Positions 28,599-36,827 of a stretch of 64,000 bases of DNA are shown here, one piece after another. The notes beneath the pieces were generated by a model that ran no database searches, had not been told where the DNA came from, and saw nothing but the letters and a program-made list of their open reading frames with translations. Source of the DNA: Vicinamibacteria bacterium. Its GTDB lineage: Bacteria; Acidobacteriota; Vicinamibacteria; Vicinamibacterales; UBA8438. Position 1 is the first letter of the stretch; the number at the start of each line of letters is the position of its first letter. Where the stretch lies: contig JAJEEA010000337.1 of the NCBI GenBank assembly GCA_022821235.1, positions 308 to 64,307 on the forward strand. The letters are read 5' to 3'. A program made the position numbers and the translations under genes.

Positions 28599-29545
28599 CC
28601 GACCGGCGGAAGGCGGAAGACCTGACCCTGCCGGAACCGGCCCGGACCATCCTCGCCCGGACACGCCCAATCCTGGACGCGTACGTCACCCCGCACACAC
28701 CGGACCGGACCGGATGGCAGATCGGGGGAGGGACCATCCTCGCCGCGCGCTGGCGGCACCGCGAGAGCCATGACATCGACCTGCTGGTTCCCCCGCGTAC
28801 CGAGACCCGGTTCCTGCATCCCGAGGCCGCACCGGAGCTGCACCGACGGCTCGAGGCCGCCGGCGCCAGGAAGATCACGTTCGGTCGATTCAGCCAGATC
28901 CTGTTCGAGGAATCGCGGATCGAGATGCTGGCGGCGGACCCGCAGCCGCGATTCGGTCATCGACGGGCGATCGTCGGCGGCAGTGAGGCTACCGCGCTGG
29001 CGTCGAGCCAGATCCTGACCGGCAAGTTCAGCAACCGTTCCCTGAACCCGCCGGTTCGGGATCTCTACGACCTCGCGGTGGCCGGAACCACCGCGCCGCG
29101 GGCGCTCGCCGTCGCCGTCAACGCCTTGGCGGGACACGACATCCGCTGGCGGCTCGTGAGCTGGGAGATGGAGCGCGAGAAGTTCGCGGAGGAAGGGGCC
29201 TTCGAGCTCCACGGCGTGCCGCTCCGGTACGAAGCGATACGGGCCGACCCGGCCGACCACGCCAGACGTGCGGTGATGAACGCGGTGTACCGACAGGTGC
29301 GGTTGCTTGTGCACGACGGCGCGGCAGTCGTCGAAACCGAGACCGGACTCGGTCGCGAAACACGGCTCCACGACAGGTCGGACGACCTCGCGGAGCGATT
29401 CGAGGCGGACGGGATCAACGCCGTGCTCGCGGCGGCGGGGACCGACCCGGAGAGAATCCGCCGTGAAATGGCGACGGCGATGCGGAACGACCGGAACGTC
29501 ACGGTCCTGGAACTCGAACAGGATCGGGCCGCGTGGGGATGGTAG
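28595..29545 (+). CDS. nucleotidyltransferase AbiEii/AbiGii-family toxin (DUF1814-like)
   Basis: GWQIGGGTILAARWRHRESHDIDLLV matches the GGTAL...HR.S.DIDL NTase motif of AbiEii, and RDLYDL occurs later. 316 aa. Confidence 0.75.
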   Translation: MTDRRKAEDLTLPEPARTILARTRPILDAYVTPHTPDRTGWQIGGGTILAARWRHRESHDIDLLVPPRTETRFLHPEAAPELHRRLEAAGARKITFGRFSQILFEESRIEMLAADPQPRFGHRRAIVGGSEATALASSQILTGKFSNRSLNPPVRDLYDLAVAGTTAPRALAVAVNALAGHDIRWRLVSWEMEREKFAEEGAFELHGVPLRYEAIRADPADHARRAVMNAVYRQVRLLVHDGAAVVETETGLGRETRLHDRSDDLAERFEADGINAVLAAAGTDPERIRREMATAMRNDRNVTVLELEQDRAAWGW

Positions 29546-29710
29546 CTCGAGGAGGCGCCGGAATCGACGTGCCGTTCCGGCGTGGCTGCGGTAGTCTACC
29601 GGGAGACGGGTCGCGCGGCGCCGGGGCCGCCGCCGGCGGTGCCCGTCGTCACCGTGAATCGCGACCGGCGGGCGACGCCGCGGACGAAGCGGCCACGCGG
29701 GAGACGGACG

Positions 29711-31684
29711 ATGTCACGACACGTGGATGTGCGCAGAGCGGTTGTTCGTACGGCGGCGGTAGCGATTCTCCTGTTCGGCGGAGCGACCGCCGGCTTCGCC
29801 CAGCACGGGGCGGCCGCCGGCGAGTGGCGGACCTACGGCGGCGACCTGGGCAGCACGCGCTACGCGCCGCTCGATCAGATCGACGCCGACAACTTCGACG
29901 ACCTCGAGGTCGAGTGGCGCTTCCGCACCACCAACCTCGGGCCGTTCCCCGACTTCAACTACCAGGCCACGCCGCTGATGGTCGACGGCGTGCTCTACGC
30001 CACCGCCGGCAGCCGCCGCAACGTCGTCGCGCTGGACGCGGCCACCGGCGAGCTGCTGTGGATCTATCGGCTCGACGAGGGCCAGCGGGGGATGAACGCC
30101 ATCCGCCGCATGTCGGGCCGCGGCGTCGCCTACTGGACCGACGGCGAGGGCGACGAGCGCATCTACCTGGTCACCATCGGCTACCAGCTCGTGGGGCTCG
30201 ACGCGCGGACGGGGCGGCCCGTGCAGGGGTTCGGCGACGACGGTATCGTCGACCTCAAGCGCGACAACGACCAGCCCATCGACCCCCTGACCGGCGAGAT
30301 CGGGTGGAACAGCGCCCCCGTCGTCGCGCGCGACGTGGTCATCGTCGGGGCCTCGCACCGCTCCGGCGGCTCGCCCCCGAGCCGCGAGAACGTCAAGGGC
30401 TACATCCGCGGCTACGACGCCCGCACCGGCGAGCGCCGGTGGATCTTCCACACCATCCCCCGGCCCGGCCAGTTCGGGCGCGACACCTGGCTGAACGACT
30501 CGGCCGTCTACACCGGGAACACCGGCGTGTGGACCAACCTGACCGTCGACGAGGAGCTCGGCATCGCCTACCTCCCCATCGAGATCCCCACCGGCGACTA
30601 CTACGGCGGCCACCGGCCCGGCGACAACCTGTTCTCGGAGAGCCTCGTGGCGGTCAACCTCGAGACGGGCGAGCGGCTCTGGCACTTCCAGTTCGTGCAC
30701 CATCCCATCTGGGACTACGACGTGCCGTGCCCGCCGATCCTCGTCGACATCACCGTCGGCGGGCGCGAGATCAAGGCGGTGGCCCAGCCCGTCAAGCAGG
30801 GATGGGTGTACGTGTTCGACCGCGTCACCGGCGAGCCGGTCTGGCCCATCGAGGAGCGGCCGGTGCCGGCGGGGAACGTCCCCGGCGAGTGGTACTCGCC
30901 CACCCAGCCGTTCCCCACCAAGCCGCCCCCGTTCGAGCGGCAGGGGTTCACCCTCGACGAGCTCATCGACTTCACCCCCGAGCTGCACGCCGAGGCCCTC
31001 GAGATCGCGTCGCGCTACCGGACCGGGCCCGTCTTCACGCCCCCCATCGTGCGCGGGCAGGACGGCCTGCTCGCGACCCTGTTCGTCCCCAACGGCGCCA
31101 ACTGGCCGGGCGGCTCGTTCGACCCCGACACCGGCATGCTCTACCTCTACTCCCCCACCCTCAACCGCGCCATCGGCCTCGTCAACGACCCCGAGCGCTC
31201 GGACATGGACTACGTCAGCGGCCGCCTGCGCCCGCCCACGGTGCGGGGGCTGCCGATGATGAAGCCGCCCTGGGGCCGCATCACCGCCATCGACCTGAAC
31301 GAAGGGGAGATCGTGTGGCAGGTCGCGCACGGCGAGACCCCCGACTTCGTGCGCAATCATCCCGCCCTGCGCGGCCTCGACATCCCGCGCACCGGCCGCA
31401 CCGGGGGCGCCGGCGGCAGCTCGGGCGGCATCGGCACCCTCACGACGAAGACCCTCGTCATCAGCGGCGAGGGCGGGACGGTCACCACGCCGTCCGGCGC
31501 GCGAGGCGCCATGCTGCGCGCCTACGACAAGGCGACGGGGGAGGAGCGCGGGGCGGTGTATCTGCCCGCCGCGCAGACCGGCTCGCCGATGACCTACATG
31601 CTGGACGGCAGGCAGTACCTCGTGCTGGCCGTCGGCGGCGGGACCTACCATGGGGAGCTCATGGCCTTCGCGCTGCCGGAGTGA
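29711..31684 (+). CDS. soluble PQQ-dependent dehydrogenase, glucose/quinate/shikimate-dehydrogenase-like
   Basis: Signal peptide, GEWRTYGGDLGSTRYAPLDQI, ATPLMVDGVLYATAG, and HFQFVHHPIWDYDVPCPPILVDI (compare mGDH HHDLWDMD). Confidence 0.85.
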   Translation: MSRHVDVRRAVVRTAAVAILLFGGATAGFAQHGAAAGEWRTYGGDLGSTRYAPLDQIDADNFDDLEVEWRFRTTNLGPFPDFNYQATPLMVDGVLYATAGSRRNVVALDAATGELLWIYRLDEGQRGMNAIRRMSGRGVAYWTDGEGDERIYLVTIGYQLVGLDARTGRPVQGFGDDGIVDLKRDNDQPIDPLTGEIGWNSAPVVARDVVIVGASHRSGGSPPSRENVKGYIRGYDARTGERRWIFHTIPRPGQFGRDTWLNDSAVYTGNTGVWTNLTVDEELGIAYLPIEIPTGDYYGGHRPGDNLFSESLVAVNLETGERLWHFQFVHHPIWDYDVPCPPILVDITVGGREIKAVAQPVKQGWVYVFDRVTGEPVWPIEERPVPAGNVPGEWYSPTQPFPTKPPPFERQGFTLDELIDFTPELHAEALEIASRYRTGPVFTPPIVRGQDGLLATLFVPNGANWPGGSFDPDTGMLYLYSPTLNRAIGLVNDPERSDMDYVSGRLRPPTVRGLPMMKPPWGRITAIDLNEGEIVWQVAHGETPDFVRNHPALRGLDIPRTGRTGGAGGSSGGIGTLTTKTLVISGEGGTVTTPSGARGAMLRAYDKATGEERGAVYLPAAQTGSPMTYMLDGRQYLVLAVGGGTYHGELMAFALPE

Positions 31685-31967
31685 CCACGGAACCCGTCGC
31701 CGAGAAGCACCGCGCTGGCCGCCGCTGGAAGCACCGCGACAGTTTCGACCTCGACCTCGCCCGTGGGCCGCGACGTGCTCCCGCGGGACCTCGGAGAACC
31801 CGGCAGCCAGCTCCGTCAGACGATGGCGGACCTGGGGGGCAAAGCAACGTACCACGCAAGGTAATGGGTGATCGAGTTCGACGCTGGCGAAGTCGACATT
31901 GTTCCACTGCACCCGAGCCCGCTGGGCGCCGAGCGAGAGGCACTGGTCGTCGGAGACACGCTCCAGG

Positions 31968-31973
31968 TATAAT
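31968..31973 (+). promoter_or_regulatory. putative -10 box (TATAAT) within the shared motif GTATAATCTGC
   Basis: I noticed only two perfect TATAAT hexamers in this GC-rich window, and this is one of them. It lies about 120 nt upstream of the SD+ATG at 32090. The same 11-mer recurs at 42936-42946. Confidence 0.3.
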
Positions 31974-32186
31974 CTGCTGACTCGCAGCGGCCTATGCCCC
32001 TCGAACCCCTGCTGGTTGGTGACGAGCAGCGGCTGAGGAGCCCAACGGGTACGATCGACGACGGTACTCGATTCAGGAGCCGAGCATTGATGGCCATGAA
32101 GTCTGTGCTGCTGGTGGTGCTCGGTATGCTCCTGTTCCCCCCGTCCGGCGTCCTGGCCCAGCCGGCCACGTCAGCAGAACGCGATC

Positions 32187-33443
32187 ATGGTCCACTTCCG
32201 GGATGAGCTGGCGGCGAGGCCGGCAAAGGTGCGTGGTCCGGGCCCGTCGCCCATGACGTTCACGCCCCGTCGCCCGACGGGGGACTCGACGCTGGTGATC
32301 GCCCGCGAATACGACGCGCCCGAGCCCGGTTTCGGATTGCCGTTCTTCAACGATGGCAGCACCGATTGGGCGCTCGGCCCCGGCGATTTCATGGACGAGT
32401 CCAAGCACCACGCGATGAACGCCACGCTGGATGCCGATGGAAACGTGTGGATGGCCGACATGTTCAACATCACCCGCACCGTCGTCAGATACGACTGGCG
32501 GACCGGGCACGCGACGAACTTCGTGCTGTCGGAGACACCGGACGCTCCCCCCGCGAATTCGCACGACATCATCCGGGACGCCGCCGGGGTCGTGTGGTTC
32601 GACATGAGCAACACTGGTGCGCTGGGGCGCATCGACCCGCGGACGGGCGGATCGGCCATCATTCGCCCGCCCGAGGGGGCACGCGTGGGACCCTGGATTG
32701 GCGGCGACGGGCGAGGCGGCATCTGGGCCGCGGGGGCGACGAACGACGCGAAGGCGATGCGCTACGACACGAGGACCCGCGACTGGACGCTCTTCGAGAA
32801 CCCGGTTCCGAACGCCTCGAACTACGGGATGACCGGCGATGGCGCCGGCAATGGCTGGTGGTCGACCGCCATTCCGCGGGACGGGTTGATGAAGGCGGAC
32901 CTCGAGACCGGCCAGGCCACGTTCGTGCCTCTACCCGAAGCGGTGAACGACAGGAGCGACCTGTTCACCGCGGAGGAGCTGGCGGTCTTCGCCGATCGCC
33001 TGACGTTCTACGGCTACGGGAGGCCGGGCGCCGTGGCGATTCGAAAGCCGGGCGCCGATCCGCGGAGCACCACGTTCTGGGGCTGCTCGTGGTACGGTGG
33101 CGGCCTGCTGAAGCTCGACAGCCGCTCTCACCTCGAAGAGATGTATCCCTTTCCGCCCGAGCATGAGGACGGGAACTGCTACGAGACGTCGGTGGACGAA
33201 GACGGCATGGTGTGGCTGCCGTTCACGCATGGCGATTCGATCGCGAAGTTCGATCCCGGCACGGAAGAGTGGACCAGCTATTGCCTGCCGACGATCGGGA
33301 CCAAGACCCACGAGCTGCAGGCGGTGACGGTGAATGGCCGCACCCGGATCGGCATGGGCTACCTTGGGGCCGGGAAGGTGGCGAAGCTGGAGTTCCGGCC
33401 GCGGGAGGAGCTGCAGCGACTGAAAACGGAGACGAGACCATGA
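32187..33443 (+). CDS. Vgb-like (streptogramin-lyase-like, COG4257-type) beta-propeller protein; 5' end uncertain
   Basis: Repeated blades: DADGNVWMADMFN, DAAGVVWFDMSNTGALGRIDPRTG, DGRGGIWAAGATNDAKAMRYDTRT, DGAGNGWWSTAIPRDGLMKADLETG, DEDGMVWLPFTHGDSIAKFDPGTE. A signal peptide sits upstream in another frame (see findings). Confidence 0.6.
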   Translation: MVHFRDELAARPAKVRGPGPSPMTFTPRRPTGDSTLVIAREYDAPEPGFGLPFFNDGSTDWALGPGDFMDESKHHAMNATLDADGNVWMADMFNITRTVVRYDWRTGHATNFVLSETPDAPPANSHDIIRDAAGVVWFDMSNTGALGRIDPRTGGSAIIRPPEGARVGPWIGGDGRGGIWAAGATNDAKAMRYDTRTRDWTLFENPVPNASNYGMTGDGAGNGWWSTAIPRDGLMKADLETGQATFVPLPEAVNDRSDLFTAEELAVFADRLTFYGYGRPGAVAIRKPGADPRSTTFWGCSWYGGGLLKLDSRSHLEEMYPFPPEHEDGNCYETSVDEDGMVWLPFTHGDSIAKFDPGTEEWTSYCLPTIGTKTHELQAVTVNGRTRIGMGYLGAGKVAKLEFRPREELQRLKTETRP

Positions 33444-34726
33444 GCATGGCTCAGTACGTCGTGCGATGCCTCGGGCTGGCCGGCGCCCTCGCGGCGCTTC
33501 CGTGCTCGGCGCCGGCGCAGCCGGCCGACGAGGCGGGCCCGCCCCGTACGCCCTGGGGTGTGCCGGATCTCCAGGGGACCTGGTCGCTTCCCACGATGAC
33601 GCCCCTCGAGCGACCGGCCGAATTCGAGGACAGACTTCGTCTCACGGAAGAAGAAGAGGCGGAGTTTCTTGCCACGCGGCGGAGCCGCATCCGCCAGGGG
33701 CTCGATCGGGCCCTGAGCGCCGACTTCGAGCTGGGCGATGGCGGGGTCGACCAGTCCATCTACGACCATCCGCTGCTGGACGGGCGCACGTCGCTCGTCG
33801 TCTCACCCGAGAACGGGCGGATTCCACGCACCGAGGAAGGCCGCTACCGGGTGGGCATGCCAGGTCGGCGTATGAGCGGCATCCCGGAGGGCCCCGAGGA
33901 CCGGGCACTGGACGAACGCTGCCTGGTGGGCGGGATGCTGCCGCTCCGAGGGAGCGCGTTCCCGGCCCGGATCTTCCAGACCCCGGATCATGTGGTCATC
34001 CACTACGAGTTCGTCAACGCCACGATCACGGTCCCGCTGGACGACCGGCCGCAGGTGTCCGGCGCCATCCAGCAGTGGACCGGGACCTCGCGCGGCTCCT
34101 GGGACGGCGACACCCTGGTGATCGAATCGACCAACTTCGACCCGCGCTGGACCTTTGCGGGGTCCGGGGCGGGTATGCGTCTGGTGCAGCGTCTGACGCG
34201 GATCGACCAGGCCACGATGCATCAGGAGTACACCGTCTACGACCCGGACTCGTTCACGGAGCCGTGGTCGGCGGAGTACCCTCTGACCAACACCGAGGAG
34301 CCGATCTACGAGTTTGCCTGTCACGAAGGCAATCGGAGCATGACCTTGCTGTTGAACGGCGCGCGGGCCACCGAGCAGATGGCCCGGTTCGTCGGCGCGT
34401 TCGGTCTCTCGTCGTTCGAGCGGGTCGGTGGGGCGGCCGCGGACGGTTCGGCGTTCACCGACGGGATGCTGTCGTATGACGCCGGCGGCCGGGTGTCGGT
34501 CCAGCTTTCAGGCCGTGAGAGCTATCTGGCCTACTACGGCCGATATGACGTGAACGTCACTCGGAAAGTGGTCGAGCATGAGGTCGAGGGCGGGTCTCGA
34601 CCGGATGTGCGGGGCAGGACGCTGAGCTACTCGTACGACCTCGCGGACGACGGCGACACGCTGGTGCTGTCGCTGATGGGTGACGACGGAGTCGAGAGCC
34701 GCGCCACCTGGCAGCGTCATCGCTAG
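33440..34726 (+). CDS. secreted conserved hypothetical (TPWGxPDLQG ... ACHEGN family) with a C-terminal lipocalin-like extension
   Basis: ATGA overlap with the upstream gene. It has a signal peptide, PRTPWGVPDLQGTWS...TPLERP...EFACHEGNRSM, and is a paralogue of 43079..44089. Confidence 0.7.
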   Translation: MSMAQYVVRCLGLAGALAALPCSAPAQPADEAGPPRTPWGVPDLQGTWSLPTMTPLERPAEFEDRLRLTEEEEAEFLATRRSRIRQGLDRALSADFELGDGGVDQSIYDHPLLDGRTSLVVSPENGRIPRTEEGRYRVGMPGRRMSGIPEGPEDRALDERCLVGGMLPLRGSAFPARIFQTPDHVVIHYEFVNATITVPLDDRPQVSGAIQQWTGTSRGSWDGDTLVIESTNFDPRWTFAGSGAGMRLVQRLTRIDQATMHQEYTVYDPDSFTEPWSAEYPLTNTEEPIYEFACHEGNRSMTLLLNGARATEQMARFVGAFGLSSFERVGGAAADGSAFTDGMLSYDAGGRVSVQLSGRESYLAYYGRYDVNVTRKVVEHEVEGGSRPDVRGRTLSYSYDLADDGDTLVLSLMGDDGVESRATWQRHR

Positions 34727-35114
34727 TGCGGTGATCCGCGAGGGGCTCGGGCGGGTTTCCATACCGCCGGTGCGCTCCACGGGCCGACCTGCCGTGGCGT
34801 CGGGCCTCCAGATCCCCGACATACGCCGACGGCAACCGCAGTCTGTCCGCGCCCCATTCCGGATCTTCTCTCTCGAAATCGAACCCGTAGATGACCTTCA
34901 CGCCGTGTCGGACGATCTTGGGTGACTCCCAATCGATGAACTCCTTGTTTGGCCTACGCCAACTACTTTCGGTTTCGCCGAGGGCGTCCGTCATCCCGCA
35001 GTCATCCCAGGCCGCATCCGGCAACCGCTCAGGTCGCTGCTCATGCCGCTCCACCCCGCTCGCCTTGCAGATGGTGTAGGCAGCGAACTCGTCGATGCCG
35101 ATCTCGATACTCAT
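34557..35114 (-). CDS. hypothetical ORF, possibly a gene remnant
   Basis: The first ~105 codons (MSIEIGIDEFAAYTICKASG...KIVRHGVKVIYGFDFEREDPEWG) have coding-like third-position GC. The remainder is R-rich and overlaps the 3' end of 33440..34726 by ~170 nt. The start abuts the IS fragment. Confidence 0.3.
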   Translation of the reverse strand: MSIEIGIDEFAAYTICKASGVERHEQRPERLPDAAWDDCGMTDALGETESSWRRPNKEFIDWESPKIVRHGVKVIYGFDFEREDPEWGADRLRLPSAYVGDLEARRHGRSARGAHRRYGNPPEPLADHRTSDDAARWRGSRLRRHPSATAPACRRRPRGRTSSSASCPAHPVETRPRPHARPLSE

Positions 35115-35119
35115 GCGGC

Positions 35120-35500
35120 ACGGTGGACTTCACGACCCTTGCCGAGCCGCCTTTTTCGGCCGCGGACGTGCTGGATTGGTATCGCCTGCGCTGGCAGGTC
35201 GAATTGGTGTTCAAGCGCTTCAAGTCGCTGGCGCAGTTGGGCCACATGCCGAAGTACGACGACGACGGCGCCAAGGCATGGCTCTACGGGAAACTGTTCG
35301 TGGCGCTCTTGGTGGAGAAGCTGATCCACCACGCCCGCACGATTTTCCCCTGGGGGTACGACGTGCGGGCGCCGCCTCCGCAGCGTGGCGTGACTTCAAG
35401 TTCGTGCTGAACCAAGTCAAGCGCGCCATCGAGCCGCCGCTCTCGCTGGCGGGCATGATCGACGACTGGTGCATGATCTCTCACGCGCTGGCGGAGCTCA
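35120..35500 (+). mobile_element. IS4-family transposase, 3' fragment with a frameshift (remnant)
   Basis: ...VLDWYRLRWQVELVFKRFKSLAQLGHMPKYDDDGAKAWLYGKLFVALLVEKL...FPWG is the DDE 'E' region (YR.RWQIE..FK.LK). It then continues in another frame as WRDFKFVLNQVKRAIEPPLSL. The N-terminal two thirds of the transposase are absent. Confidence 0.7.
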
Positions 35501-36661
35501 GGACGGCGGCCGGCGCGAGCAGCGGTCCAGCAGCGCGGAGCCCGAAGCGCAGGTGACGATCCACTCGCCGATGTCGGCGAAGTGGTCCGGGTCGTCCACC
35601 GCGGCGATCAGAACCGCCAGCCGTTCCGCCGTCTCGGCGCCGAAGCGGCGCGCCGCCCGGCGGCAGAGCAGGGTCCGTTGCTCGGCGAGGCCTTCCGCCC
35701 TTCCCGCGGCGAGGCCCTCCGCCCGTATTCGGTGGAGGAAGGGTGCGTCAACCGTTTCGGCGCCGTCCTGGTCGCGCAGCGCTCGGGCGACCCGCTCGAG
35801 GACGGCCATGGTCTCCATCGACAACGTCGGTTCGTTCATCGACCTGTGGATCTCCGACGCCCTCCAGCCGGGGAACGCGCGGCTCTCGGCCGATTCGCGG
35901 TAGGCGCCGTCGGCGTGCAGGACGTGGATCGTCAGGCCCGGCGCGCGGCTCGCCGCCCGGCCGGGCGAGTCTGCGTCCGGCACCTCCACCCACACTTCGG
36001 GCAGCCCCCAGGATTCGTAGAGCGACAGCTTGCGGCGGCGTACGTCGGTGGTGTGGTCGACCTCCACGATCACGTCCGGCAGGGTGTCCTCGCCGACCAC
36101 CATGGAGGCGCCCGCGGGGCGGTCCCGCTTCGGGTACAGGTACACCGTCTGGTCCGCCTGCATGATGCGGCGCCGCTCACCGTGTTCGTCCCGCAACAGC
36201 AGGTCGGCGTGGCCGAAGGTCTCGATGGGCGAGCCCCGCGTCAGCGCGATCAGCGTCGTCATCTGCGCCACGCGTTGCGACGGATGCTCCTGGTAGACGC
36301 TGACGCCTTCGCACACCATCGCGATCTCGGTGGCGGCGTCCCAGTACTCGATGCGTCCGTAGCCGTCGATCTGCTCGCGGGAGATGCGCACCGCGCGGCA
36401 TCCGGGGAACTCGCTGGCGTCGAGCGCCGTCGGTGCGGCTGCGTCGGCGTCCGGTACCGGCGCCACGACCGCGTCGGCTGGCGGCGGCGCCGACGCGGAA
36501 CGTGAGCTGGACGACGGAGAGCGGCGGACTACGGTTGCGGAGGTCGGCATGTGTCCCGCCTCCGGTACCGGCGCCACGACCGCGTCGGCTGGCGGCGGCG
36601 CCGACGCGGAACGTGAGCTGGACGACGGAGAGCGGGGGACTACGGTTGCGGAGGTCGGCAT
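35498..36661 (-). CDS. Uma2-family (PD-(D/E)xK) endonuclease-like protein with a DUF4351-like C-terminal helical tail; start ambiguous (36661 or 36550)
   Basis: LPDVIVEVDHTTD is the nuclease core. The C-terminal RAEGLAAGRAEGLAEQRTLLCRRAARRFGAETAERL...IGEWI is like the Rpn/DUF4351 tail. The N-terminus is duplicated (see the repeat feature). Confidence 0.7.
   Translation of the reverse strand: MPTSATVVPRSPSSSSRSASAPPPADAVVAPVPEAGHMPTSATVVRRSPSSSSRSASAPPPADAVVAPVPDADAAAPTALDASEFPGCRAVRISREQIDGYGRIEYWDAATEIAMVCEGVSVYQEHPSQRVAQMTTLIALTRGSPIETFGHADLLLRDEHGERRRIMQADQTVYLYPKRDRPAGASMVVGEDTLPDVIVEVDHTTDVRRRKLSLYESWGLPEVWVEVPDADSPGRAASRAPGLTIHVLHADGAYRESAESRAFPGWRASEIHRSMNEPTLSMETMAVLERVARALRDQDGAETVDAPFLHRIRAEGLAAGRAEGLAEQRTLLCRRAARRFGAETAERLAVLIAAVDDPDHFADIGEWIVTCASGSALLDRCSRRPPS
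36451..36661. repeat. near-perfect ~100-bp direct repeat, period 111 bp (36451-36550 and 36562-36661)
   Basis: Read directly: there is one mismatch in 100 nt. Each copy ends with the minus-strand ATG and encodes MPTSATVV(P/R)RSPSSSSRSASAPPPADAVVAPVP. Confidence 0.9.
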
Positions 36662-36827
36662 CATGCGTCCTGCCTCGGCGCGTCCTTGCGGCGTGGGCTG
36701 GCTGCCGGAATCACGCCCGTGACAAGCATAACCCACACGCGCGCGGAGCGGAGCCGACCGCATTTGTCTGCAGACGGGATTCGGCCCGGTGCCGGCGGCG
36801 GGACGTGCCGAAAGCGCGGCCGCGCGC

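Noticed and set aside
31690-31960. Minus-strand fragment (…YLERVSDDQCLSLGAQRARVQWNNVDFASVELDHPLPCVVRCFAPQVRHRLTELAAGF…) and a comparable fragment at 42640-42930 (…GITGADGLIRDEQRRQVDL… / …LLAARGASVDGRIDALRADIRALDDRLRQ…), as possible decayed genes upstream of the two paralogous operons.
   Set aside because: They lack starts, are broken by frameshifts, and match no family I recognise. They may be relics of a duplicated gene but are not annotatable from sequence alone.
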